DNA of 53,787 nt from Methanomassiliicoccales archaeon. Lineage in GTDB: Archaea > Thermoplasmatota > Thermoplasmata > SG8-5 > JAGLSY01. The stretch's first letter is position 1, and every line of letters starts with the position of its first letter. Both the position numbers and the translations under genes were made by a program. Under the pieces are notes generated by a model. It had not been told where the DNA came from and ran no database searches. It saw only the letters and a list, made by a program, of their open reading frames with translations. Below are positions 8,700 through 17,680 of this stretch, one piece after another. Location of the stretch: assembly GCA_030672365.1 (NCBI GenBank), contig DAOVGM010000022.1, positions 1 through 53,787 of the forward strand, written 5' to 3'.

Positions 8700-8894
8700 T
8701 TATTTCATCGAAATTGCATCGTTGGGACACTCGCTCACGCAAGCCTCGCAGTCTATGCATTCGTCTGGGTTGACCTTGGCAACATCGTTCATTGATATTG
8801 CTTCCTGAGGACATGCGTCAACGCATACTCCGCATCCGATGCAATCATCTGGATTTACAACAGCCGGCATAGTTAACATCCTGTATATCGACAC
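8700..8894 (-). CDS. 2x[4Fe-4S] ferredoxin
   Basis: Two CxxCxxCxxxCP motifs (CIGCGVCVDACP and CIDCEACVSECP). An alternative start is the MPAVV ATG at 8870. Confidence 0.85.
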   Translation of the reverse strand: MSIYRMLTMPAVVNPDDCIGCGVCVDACPQEAISMNDVAKVNPDECIDCEACVSECPNDAISMK

Positions 8895-8977
8895 GGAATG
8901 GACAACCCCGTAAATATGCTTTTTGGATAGGCCGCGAACCTTTTAAATACGGGAAAAATCATATACATCATAGTCGA

Positions 8978-9217
8978 GTGAAAAGGCACTCGAACGGAGG
9001 CGGTTATGTGGGCATAGTCGACAAGTATGATTTGAGGAGACTGGACAAGTCGAATATTGAGCTGGCTTTCGATTGTCCGAATTGTAGGAAAACGCGCATC
9101 AGCATGAACGGCGGTAATGACGAAAAATTCTGGAACGAGGTCGAATGCCCGAAATGCAATTCGCAGATAGTGCTGGACGGATTCAGTCTGGCTGTTATCA
9201 AAAACAACGGAAATTGA
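8978..9217 (+). CDS. Small zinc-ribbon protein (hypothetical)
   Basis: 79 aa with CPNC...CPKC cysteine pairs. The GTG start is uncertain. Confidence 0.5.
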   Translation: MKRHSNGGGYVGIVDKYDLRRLDKSNIELAFDCPNCRKTRISMNGGNDEKFWNEVECPKCNSQIVLDGFSLAVIKNNGN

Positions 9218-9245
9218 TTAGATAAATTTTAAATCAAAGGCACCC

Positions 9246-10259
9246 ATGCCATCCTTGATGAAGTTGTTCGTCGAGTTGTCAGGAGAATATCCGGGCCTGG
9301 CCCAGGCCGAGATAATGGCACTTGCAGGTGCCGAAGACCCGAAAACCGAAATGATTGATTCTGATGACGGGGCACTCGTTATAGAAACAGAGTGCCCGCC
9401 GGAAAAAATCGCCGGACGTGCCGCGCTGGCCTGGCACGTCAACGAGCATTATTTTTCAGGCCGGATAGATGATGTGCCCGATAAAATCAAAGATTTGAAA
9501 ATTGCTGGTTCATTCGCCGTCCGCGCAAAGCGCATGGGGGAGAGGTGGTCGGGCGAGGAAGTTCGCCGGCTTACCGAAAAAGCCGGCGGCATATTGTCGG
9601 AAAGGGCGAAGGTGGATCTTGAAAAACCCGACACTACAATCAGAATCTTAATGTCTGGCAGATGCCACATCGGTCGGCGCCTGTGCGATGTTGACAGGGT
9701 GCAGTTCGAGGAGAGGAGGCCGAAGAACAGGCCGGTGTCTCACCCGGTGACCCTTCACCCGAAGCTCGCCCGTGCCCTCGTTAACATCTCCGGAATTCGG
9801 GCAGGCCAGACAATGCTCGACCCGTTCTGTGGAACAGGCGGTTTGCTCATCGAGGGAATGCTGGTCGGAGCGAAAGTCATCGGCTCCGACATAGACCCCG
9901 AAATGCTGGACAGCTGTCGCAAGAATTTCGAACATCTGGGGCTTCGTGATGGGTGTGAACTTCACGAGCTTGACGTCGGCCAGATAGGAAAATTCGGGGA
10001 GGTGGATGCTATCATCACCGACCCTCCCTACGGAAAATCGGCTACCACGATGAAGGAGGGCATCGGGGCCCTTTACCGCCGCTCGTTCAAAACCTTCGCC
10101 AAATTTCTCAGACCGGAGGGAAAACTCGTTATCGTTTTCCCGGACATGAAATTCGCAGAGTTGGCTGACGACTTTTTCGCACTGAAGGAAAAGCACGATG
10201 TGTTTGTGCACAGAAGTTTGACAAGGCACTTCTGTGTGTTTGAGCATCGGCCCAAGTAA
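9246..10259 (+). CDS. THUMP-domain tRNA (guanine-N2) methyltransferase (Trm11/Trm14-like)
   Basis: 337 aa. N-terminal THUMP-like region, SAM motif I DPFCGTGGLLIEG, and catalytic DPPYG. Confidence 0.8.
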   Translation: MPSLMKLFVELSGEYPGLAQAEIMALAGAEDPKTEMIDSDDGALVIETECPPEKIAGRAALAWHVNEHYFSGRIDDVPDKIKDLKIAGSFAVRAKRMGERWSGEEVRRLTEKAGGILSERAKVDLEKPDTTIRILMSGRCHIGRRLCDVDRVQFEERRPKNRPVSHPVTLHPKLARALVNISGIRAGQTMLDPFCGTGGLLIEGMLVGAKVIGSDIDPEMLDSCRKNFEHLGLRDGCELHELDVGQIGKFGEVDAIITDPPYGKSATTMKEGIGALYRRSFKTFAKFLRPEGKLVIVFPDMKFAELADDFFALKEKHDVFVHRSLTRHFCVFEHRPK

Positions 10260-10270
10260 ATGTCTGGCCG

Positions 10271-10466
10271 CGTCGAGCAGGCTTTTGGGGGAAGGGAAAA
10301 CTATTTCGTGTCAATTGCACGAAATATTACTTCGGGATGCGAAGCGAACCGAAGTTATCTGTCGTGACCGAAGGCGCGACAGATCATGTTGGAATGCAGA
10401 GCAATCCAACATGCCGCCAGCGCAGACGCGGAAGGGTGGGGGGCGACCCATCTATCGGGGCGGGCC
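10271..10466 (+). repeat. Family-A intergenic repeat, long mosaic form (A5)
   Basis: GTCGAGCAGGC-TTTTGGGGGAAGGG, then four hairpin modules: H1 ATTTCGTG-TCAATTG-CACGAAAT; H2 TTACTTCGG...CCGAAGTTA; H3 CTGTCG...CGACAG; H4 CATGTTGGA...TCCAACATG. Ends with GCCAGCGCAGACGCGGAAGGGTGGGGGG...GGGGCGGGC. Confidence 0.8.
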
Positions 10467-10510
10467 ACAAACAACCAGAACACTGGCCTGGGTGGGCTAA
10501 GATAACATAA

Positions 10511-12124
10511 CTAAATCAATTCTAGAAAAATCCTGATTTCCGGGTTGAGGTCAAAATTGTTCGGGTCCAGCAAGAGGTCTCCATAAAGGTATGCGGCTTC
10601 GATTATTATCGTCGCATTTCCCACCGCATTCGGTAAAATTCTCAGATTTATAGTTAGATTCGCGATCCCCATAGGTGCTATTTGGATTGACTGGGTCACG
10701 TCGGTGCCGTCAGTTACGTTTCCCCCGAAAAAAGTTACATTGCAAATACTTTCATTCGAACTGCTGGCTCGTAAAACTATCGTTGCCTCAACGTTACCGT
10801 TGTTCGCCAATGCCAAATCTTCCGTTCTATTGAGCCCTTGCGGAAACGCGTTGAAAGTGTAGGTGTGGGATGTCGTGAGTGTTCCGTCCGGCATGACGAG
10901 ATTGAATTCCACATCATATACTGGCTCCTCATAATCGAAAGGAATCGGCACGAAACATAGAACGAGTATCACGGCGGTGGCAATGCCGATGAGCTTGCGC
11001 TTGTCGTCCAGTTTCGTGACGTCATTCAGCGGTGGTGGATGTCTCAGCCCTAGGAACATGATGAGCATTGCAAAAATCAGCCAGCCAGTGAATTGGAGGC
11101 CAAGGATGAGCATGAGTATGAACGCACCGTAACTCGCCCATCTGGCTCTGTTGCCGAGAAGCGCCTGGGCGATGTGTCCTCCGTCCAGCTGGCCTGCCGG
11201 AAGAAGGTTGAGCGCCGTGACGAAAAGCCCGACCCAACCGGCGAAAGCAGTCGGATGGAGCAGCACGTTGTCCGGTATCGGAAGAACCGACCTCAGCGAC
11301 TGGAAGAGTATCGAATCGCCAATCAAAATCGTGCCGCCCTCGACGATGCCGGTTGGGTTGGGAATGGTGAGCGATGACGAGAGCATGAGCCCGATTATCG
11401 TGACAGGAATCGCGACCAGAAAGCCAGCTATGGGGCCAGAGATACCGATGTCCAGCAGTGCTTTTTTGTTCGGAATCGGCTCCCTGATGCTGATGAAGGC
11501 GCCCATCGTGCCCAGCGGCGGTATGAATATCGGTGGTACGGGAATGAAAAAGGGTAGGGATGCGGCGATGCCGTGCCTTTTTGCGGCATAGTAGTGAGCC
11601 ATCTCGTGAACTCCGAGAATGGTCATCAACGGCAGGGCGAAGAACAATGCGCCATTGGCCAGGTTTCCCAAATCGAACATCTGCCACATGCTGAGCGAAT
11701 CTGTCGGGTCGTTCATTATCAACAACCACAAAAGCGAGCCGGCCAGTATCGTCGTGATGATGGTTGCGATCAGGAGAACAAGATTGAACGTGATGCCCTT
11801 AAACTTCATCTTCGGCTGGCGGACCACGTGAACGACATATTCGCCTTTCTCGTATTTCAGAATCGGGATGTAATTATCTCCCTTCATCTCGTTGCGAAGG
11901 GCTTCGAACTGGCTCTCCAGTTGGCTTGGGTCTATGTTGCAATGAAGCGAGATGGTATTGAACTGGATACGCACCTCGTAGATTGGGAAGTACTTGCCCA
12001 CTATGCCTTTGACATGCTCGATCTCGTCCGGAAATGTCTCTGGCCCGCCTGATGGCGGAGGTGGTGGAGGTGCTCCCGGAAATCCGCCGGATTCCGGTGG
12101 CGGTATGTTCGACCAGCTGTCCAT
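10511..12124 (-). CDS. Site-2 protease family (M50) membrane metalloprotease with a C-terminal extracytoplasmic beta-rich domain
   Basis: 537 aa. HEMAHYY (HExxH), multiple TM segments, a downstream LNLLPAGQLDGGH motif, and a Pro/Gly-rich N-terminus. Confidence 0.85.
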   Translation of the reverse strand: MDSWSNIPPPESGGFPGAPPPPPPSGGPETFPDEIEHVKGIVGKYFPIYEVRIQFNTISLHCNIDPSQLESQFEALRNEMKGDNYIPILKYEKGEYVVHVVRQPKMKFKGITFNLVLLIATIITTILAGSLLWLLIMNDPTDSLSMWQMFDLGNLANGALFFALPLMTILGVHEMAHYYAAKRHGIAASLPFFIPVPPIFIPPLGTMGAFISIREPIPNKKALLDIGISGPIAGFLVAIPVTIIGLMLSSSLTIPNPTGIVEGGTILIGDSILFQSLRSVLPIPDNVLLHPTAFAGWVGLFVTALNLLPAGQLDGGHIAQALLGNRARWASYGAFILMLILGLQFTGWLIFAMLIMFLGLRHPPPLNDVTKLDDKRKLIGIATAVILVLCFVPIPFDYEEPVYDVEFNLVMPDGTLTTSHTYTFNAFPQGLNRTEDLALANNGNVEATIVLRASSSNESICNVTFFGGNVTDGTDVTQSIQIAPMGIANLTINLRILPNAVGNATIIIEAAYLYGDLLLDPNNFDLNPEIRIFLELI

Positions 12125-12175
12125 ACATGTTGTTATACAAGTTCACGATATTAATCTTTCCACAAATCGGCGGGT

Positions 12176-14854
12176 TCATGCCTGCTTGGCAAGTTCGATT
12201 GCGCGGTGCTTCATTTTCACGAGTGTCGCATGGTCAGCGTCCTTGGTGCCGATTTGGGCAAAATCGGGACGGCCGCCGCCGCCGTATCCGAACTCACTAG
12301 CCAGTTGATTTGCGATTGCCCCGCAATTGTGTTTTTCAGTCGAGGAAGTGAACAGGAGTTTTGACAGGTCTTTTGAGGAGCTGAGAACGGCGAAGACGTT
12401 CTCCTCGTTTCCGAGAAGACGGGAAACCTCAGTCGTTTGCGCAATCGAGCCCTCTATCTCTGCCTGAACATATCGGGCTCCGTCGACGGTTTCAGCATCG
12501 GCCAGTAGTTCATCGATTGACTTAGCAGCGCCCTTCTTGCCCTCCTTTTTCTTCTCCTTGGAAAATTCCTTCCACTCGTTGTAGATGAGCTCAACCGTAT
12601 CGGGCAGCTTATCGTGAGAGACCTTCAGAATATCGGACATCTCCAAGACTGTCTTGTGGTGCTTCTTCATCCAATCGTATAAGGGTTTGCCAGCAATGAA
12701 TTCCAGGCGCAAAACACCGTCCTGAATCCTCTTGCTCCGGAGAAGTTTTATCGGGCCGACCTCGGTCGTCCGTTTACAATGAATTCCGCCGCATGCCTCC
12801 ACGTCCACGCCCCGGACGTCAACGATTCTCAAATCGCGGCCTGGCACAGCCCCTCCCTGGTAAAGCCGCATGCCGAACTTCTTCTCGGCATCGCGGCGGT
12901 TCATGAAATACTGGTCGACCGGTATGTCAGCGATAACGTACTCGTTCGCCTTTTCTTCAATCTCATGGAACTCCTCGTTCGAGAGGGCGGCAAAGTGCGT
13001 GATGTCCAGTCTGGCCATTTCTTCTGTTTTATTGGCCCCGGTCTGCCATACATGATTGCCCAAAACTTCCCTGGCAGCGGCATTTATCAGGTGGGTTGCG
13101 GTGTGGTGGCGCATTAACTGCCTGCGCCTTATCCAGTCTATCTTGCAGTTCACCTTTTGACCGGCTTTGAGGTCGTGCTCGTCCGTCTCCAGAGTGTGCA
13201 CAACAACGTTTCCGTACTTTTGGACGTCAATGACCTTAAAGCCCTCGATTGTGCCGGTGTCGCATGCTTGGCCTCCGCCTTCAGCGTAGAAGTAGGTCTC
13301 GTCAAGCACGACATCCGGTCCATTGATGAGAACGACGGTTGCCTCGAACTCGTCTGTCTCCGGCTCGGTGTAGAACCCGATTTTTGTCGGAGGGGCGTCA
13401 ATCGTCTGTTCTCCATCTTCTGCCACAGCCATCCTTTGAGCTGAGTGTCTCTCCGCCACCATCTGATAGAAATCATCCGGAATCTCGATTTGATGGCTCG
13501 CAAATTCCTGAACCACCTCAGGGTTCAGCCCGTGTGAGTCGTAAAGGTCGACCAGATCCTCGGCCCCGATGGTCTTGCCGGACTCTGCGAGCCGCTCCTC
13601 CAGCCGCGATACAAGGGAGGTCCCTTTTCGCAGGGTTTCCTTGTATTTTCTGGACTCGACCTCGATGAGATTGAGTATTTCATCGCAGTTCACCCGCACG
13701 TCCTGAAAATCGTCCTTGAAGTATTCGATCTGGTCAGCCACGACCTCGGCCAGCGGTATTTCGAGAGAGAGAACGTCCATCGCCCTCATCGCCCTGCGAA
13801 CAAGCAATCTGGCGAAATAGCCAGCTTTAACGTTCGACGGTACTATCCCGTCGTTGAGCATGAACATGAGTGCCCGCGAGTGGTCGCAGACGATGTAAAT
13901 ATTCTCCAATGGCGTGACCTCTGCCTCCAGCTCCGGCACCCCGATTTTCAGGCGGTCGGCAACCCTCTGCTTGAGTTCACGAAGACTGCCGGGATTGTCG
14001 ATGTTCATTAGACCGGCAACTTTGGAATACTCGGCCAGCAGTTGTGAATCACCGGTTACGCCGGTTGCCTCTTTGAGCTTCTGAAGCGTCTGGCCGAACA
14101 CCGCCTCGTAGGCGCTGGACGTCCCCTGGGAGATCCATGTCATTCGCTCGAGGCCGTAGCCGGTGTCCACGACCTGCATGTTGAGCGGTTTCTTTGTCGG
14201 GCCGGATTCGTCGTACATCATGAAGACGAGGGTGCATAGCTCTACGCCATCGACCATGACCTCGAAACACGGGCCCGAATTGCCGCCGCCCTTCCACTCC
14301 GCTTCGATGTAGGCCAGTCTGTCCTGGGCGATGCCAAAATCATGTCGAAAAAAATTGTCGCAGATTTCCACAGTCCTGTCCTTGAAGTAGACATAATTAT
14401 CCTTTGTGTTGAATGCGTGGTGAGCCATCATCTCGAACATCGTGAGGTGGCTGCCGGTCCTTCCCACGTTGTCGATGTCGTTGAACCTGACGCAGGTCTG
14501 TGAGATGGCCAGCGGGTTGGCGGGGGGCTCGACCGCACCGCTGATCACCCACGGCTGAAATCCGTATATCGATGCCTGGGTGAAGAACACGTCGTCGCGC
14601 CATCTGGCTGTTATCGGATAGCGGTTGATTCTGGTGTGGTCGTTCCTCTCCAGAAATGTGAGAAAGAGCTCTCTGGTTTCATGTAGTGAGAACGATGCCT
14701 TCGTCGGCGGGTTTCCGATGAAAGAATATTCTATACATGGTGACTCACCGCAATCGTTTCTCTCGGTTCTGGCCCAGAAAAAACGCTTGCACTGCCGACA
14801 TTGTTGACGAATGAAACCCTCCGTCTCAAAGAATTCGATATCGTACTCGCTCAT
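12176..14854 (-). CDS. alaS: Alanine--tRNA ligase
   Basis: 892 aa with an archaeal AlaRS N-terminus (FFETEGFIRQQC...), the editing-domain HTATHL motif, CGGIHC, and a C-terminal GGGGRPDFAQ (DHHA1-like). Confidence 0.95.
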   Translation of the reverse strand: MSEYDIEFFETEGFIRQQCRQCKRFFWARTERNDCGESPCIEYSFIGNPPTKASFSLHETRELFLTFLERNDHTRINRYPITARWRDDVFFTQASIYGFQPWVISGAVEPPANPLAISQTCVRFNDIDNVGRTGSHLTMFEMMAHHAFNTKDNYVYFKDRTVEICDNFFRHDFGIAQDRLAYIEAEWKGGGNSGPCFEVMVDGVELCTLVFMMYDESGPTKKPLNMQVVDTGYGLERMTWISQGTSSAYEAVFGQTLQKLKEATGVTGDSQLLAEYSKVAGLMNIDNPGSLRELKQRVADRLKIGVPELEAEVTPLENIYIVCDHSRALMFMLNDGIVPSNVKAGYFARLLVRRAMRAMDVLSLEIPLAEVVADQIEYFKDDFQDVRVNCDEILNLIEVESRKYKETLRKGTSLVSRLEERLAESGKTIGAEDLVDLYDSHGLNPEVVQEFASHQIEIPDDFYQMVAERHSAQRMAVAEDGEQTIDAPPTKIGFYTEPETDEFEATVVLINGPDVVLDETYFYAEGGGQACDTGTIEGFKVIDVQKYGNVVVHTLETDEHDLKAGQKVNCKIDWIRRRQLMRHHTATHLINAAAREVLGNHVWQTGANKTEEMARLDITHFAALSNEEFHEIEEKANEYVIADIPVDQYFMNRRDAEKKFGMRLYQGGAVPGRDLRIVDVRGVDVEACGGIHCKRTTEVGPIKLLRSKRIQDGVLRLEFIAGKPLYDWMKKHHKTVLEMSDILKVSHDKLPDTVELIYNEWKEFSKEKKKEGKKGAAKSIDELLADAETVDGARYVQAEIEGSIAQTTEVSRLLGNEENVFAVLSSSKDLSKLLFTSSTEKHNCGAIANQLASEFGYGGGGRPDFAQIGTKDADHATLVKMKHRAIELAKQA

Positions 14855-15551
14855 TGGGCGGACATGGTAAACTTGATAATAATAATTATTGAAAACGCGG
14901 GAAGTTGGTGTGCTTGCTGGTGATAACCAAAGCGGGTTTATATAGGTCGGAGGAGATTGTTTAATGCGGGCAGAGAATGAAAAAGGAGGAGGCGGACTAG
15001 AGCCAGAGGCACTAATCCGTACATGGAATCATGCCCGGCCCTGGAGACAAGGAAATGCAAAAGAGAGGTTACGAATACGAATTGTGCATAGCGCACTTCG
15101 ATGAGGAATGTTCTGAACTTAGAGTGCAGAACATCAGCCTCAGCTCCCATTGCGGATTCTCTACCAGCAAAGGAACCAGTTTTTGCAACCTCGGATTTTG
15201 CAACATCAGGTACAAAAGCAGTTTTAAACCGAAAGTTGCCTCGATGAAAACACTATATCACTGATGGTCTTCCCGCCACGATGATTATCTATTTTCCTAT
15301 CCAGGGTTTCTATTTTTGAACATCCCCGCCCGACGCTTCGCTTTGGGCGGGGTTTTCACGAATCTTTGTAGGGTTCTGCTTGTCACATAAAACGCTAACA
15401 TATCGAAACCCCGCCCTCGTTAACGAATAATTATCGTACCAGACGGGGCATGACGCTGAATGCTGTACTTGAATACGTATTTTCTTCTGCTTGGTTATGG
15501 TAACTGGCTGGCGCTGGCAAGTTAAAAATGGAAAAATGGGTAGTTGGTTGT

Positions 15552-16709
15552 TTATACTACCCTTTTCTTGGCGACCTTCTTTGGCTCGTCCTCGTCGCCG
15601 CCTTCTTCGCCGCCTTCCTCGCCGCCCTCGCCCTCTATCTTGGTTCCGCAGGCGTAGCACATGATGGCATCGTTTGAGAGCATCGTACCGCAGGACGGAC
15701 ACGGAATCTCTTCATCGCCGCCGGCTTCTTCCGATGCTGGCTCTTCTTCGCCACCTTCTTCGCCGCCCTCGCCCTCAATCTTGGTTCCGCAGGCGTAACA
15801 CATGACGGCGTCCTTGGAAATCATGGTGCCACAGGATGGACATGCGATTTCATCGTCGCCCTCCGCTGCCTCTTCTGCCGGAGCTTCTTCATCTGCTGGA
15901 GGTTCTTCATCTGCTGGAGGTTCTTCCTCGGCAGGGGCCTCTTCGTCCTCTGCCGGGGCTTCTTCATCTGGCGGAGCCTCTTCATCAGCAGGAGGTTCAT
16001 CTTCGGTAGGGGCTTCTTCATCTGCTGGCTCCTCCTCGGCAGGGGGGGCTTCGTCTTCCATCGGCGGCGGTGCCGGCGCGGCATCGATATCTGCCTTCAT
16101 GCCCCTGAGCGATTCCTCTTTCTCGATGAGCTGCTGCTCCTTCTCCATGAGGCGCTTGCCGTCCTCGATAATCTTCTCTTTGCTCTGATTGAGCTCCTCT
16201 TCCTCTCTGGCCAGCGCTTTCTCTCGCTCTACGGTCTCCTCGCCCTTTGCCACGAGTTTTTCGACGACCTCTTTCAGCTCATTGTAACCGGAAGCCATCT
16301 CCTCTTCCCTGGCGATTATTGCGTTTCTCTTCTCCGTAATCTCGCCTTCCAGCTTATTGGCTTCCTCCATTTTAACATAAATCTCTTCCTCTCGTGATGC
16401 AAGCTCCTTCTGCTTGGTCCCGATTTCCGCCTCTCTGGTCTCGAAACCGGATTCCAATTCCACGATTCTGGCCTTCTCCGCTTCGAAGGCCTGCTTCTCG
16501 GCATTGACCTCGTTCAGCTTGCTTTCAATCTCATCCTGTTTGGAACTGAGGTCTGCCTCTTTGGCCTCCACCGAGTTCTTGAGCTCCTCGATTTCGCGCT
16601 CTTTCTCGTTCAAAGTCTCTTCTTTGGCTCTCAGCTCTTCCTCTTTACCTTTAAACTGTTCGGCTTGCTTTTGCATTACTTCCCATATCGATGGTTCTTC
16701 TTCGCCCAA
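15552..16709 (-). CDS. Coiled-coil / acidic-repeat / double zinc-ribbon protein (partner of KaiC-like ATPase I)
   Basis: 385 aa. About 200 aa of heptad-rich E/K sequence, then PPADEEAP-type acidic repeats, then two tandem CPSCGTM[IL]S..A[VI]MCYACGTKIEGEGGEEGGEE units (CxxC-x10-CxxC). Confidence 0.75.
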   Translation of the reverse strand: MGEEEPSIWEVMQKQAEQFKGKEEELRAKEETLNEKEREIEELKNSVEAKEADLSSKQDEIESKLNEVNAEKQAFEAEKARIVELESGFETREAEIGTKQKELASREEEIYVKMEEANKLEGEITEKRNAIIAREEEMASGYNELKEVVEKLVAKGEETVEREKALAREEEELNQSKEKIIEDGKRLMEKEQQLIEKEESLRGMKADIDAAPAPPPMEDEAPPAEEEPADEEAPTEDEPPADEEAPPDEEAPAEDEEAPAEEEPPADEEPPADEEAPAEEAAEGDDEIACPSCGTMISKDAVMCYACGTKIEGEGGEEGGEEEPASEEAGGDEEIPCPSCGTMLSNDAIMCYACGTKIEGEGGEEGGEEGGDEDEPKKVAKKRVV

Positions 16710-16783
16710 GGAAATCCCTCCGTTGTTTTGCCCAATTAACCGCGGGTATGCGGTTTTGTATTAAGTATTTTACGTAATTCCAT

Positions 16784-17491
16784 TCAGTCTGTATCAAAGA
16801 TTGGCCCTAAGACGACCATACCGCCCTTTCCGACCTCGACCGCGTGTTTCTCCATACTATGTTGCGAAGCCCTCATCTTCTCGACCTGCAGGTATCTCAC
16901 GAGTTTACCGCGGCTTCTGTCGAGACCGAGCATCATGATTCCGTCGACCAGGAAACCCTCGTTTCCAAGAAGCTGGCTTTCGCCTCCGAGGCCCCTCTCC
17001 ATGACGACGAAGCAAATGAGGTTGTTGTCTCTCAGCATCTTGAAGAAGTAGAACATCCTCTTTCGCATCTGGGTCACGTCTTCCATGAGTGAATAGAGAG
17101 CACCCAGCGAGTCCAGCGCGAACACGGTGAACTTGTCGCCGTATTTCTTCTTGAAGTGAACTATCATCTTCTCGATAAATTTGAGATAGTCAGTCTCCTC
17201 GCCGTCCTCGATCACCCTGTCGATTTCACGCAGGTCAGTGAAGTCCGAAATCTGCATGTTTGGCGAAAGCTTGAATCCCAGACTCTCCATGTTGCGAACA
17301 TGACTCTGGACAGTCTCCTCCAATGTGGTATAGAGCCCAAAATCCCCTGTCTGTTCGAGATACTGCGACATGATGGTGTAGCAAAAGCTGGTTTTCATAG
17401 AACCAGGCGGTCCCGTGACCAGCACGATTTGCGGCGGTTCGATGTCCGTTTTGAACACCTTGTCAAGTCCTGATACAGAGTTTCTGAACAA
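16784..17491 (-). CDS. KaiC/RecA-like ATPase (single domain), variant P-loop
   Basis: 235 aa. GLDKV...IVLVTGPPGSMKTSF (Walker A with Met before Lys), Walker B FTVFALDSLGAL, and a C-terminal RYLQVEKMR-type KaiC-family segment. Confidence 0.85.
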   Translation of the reverse strand: MFRNSVSGLDKVFKTDIEPPQIVLVTGPPGSMKTSFCYTIMSQYLEQTGDFGLYTTLEETVQSHVRNMESLGFKLSPNMQISDFTDLREIDRVIEDGEETDYLKFIEKMIVHFKKKYGDKFTVFALDSLGALYSLMEDVTQMRKRMFYFFKMLRDNNLICFVVMERGLGGESQLLGNEGFLVDGIMMLGLDRSRGKLVRYLQVEKMRASQHSMEKHAVEVGKGGMVVLGPIFDTD

Positions 17492-17680
17492 TATACCGAC
17501 CCCTTTGATGAATCACGTAATAAACTTTTATCATTTAAGGTTATTGTAAACGACCAGACCCTAATTTTTTTGGCAATTTTACGGGTCTGGAAGTTTACAC
17601 CACGGCAGTTGCACACTATAATTTCTCATGGCTAATTGTCATGAGGTTTTAAAGACATTTGCGCCCCGTGTGCAACGGTC

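Noticed and set aside
12040-12110. Family-A-like G-rich tract (GGCGGAGGTGGTGGAGG) inside the 5' end of the S2P protease gene, encoding PPPPPPSGG
   Set aside because: Similarity to the family-A core (GCGGAGGAGCGG) is short and low-complexity. It is more simply a Pro/Gly-rich linker.
14855-15551. RNase P RNA in the large ORF-free gap
   Set aside because: Neither strand shows the near-invariant GGAAAGUCC (CR-I) or ACAGAA..GGCUUA (CR-V) elements. GGAGGAGGCGGAC and GCAGAACAUCAGCCUC are only superficially similar.
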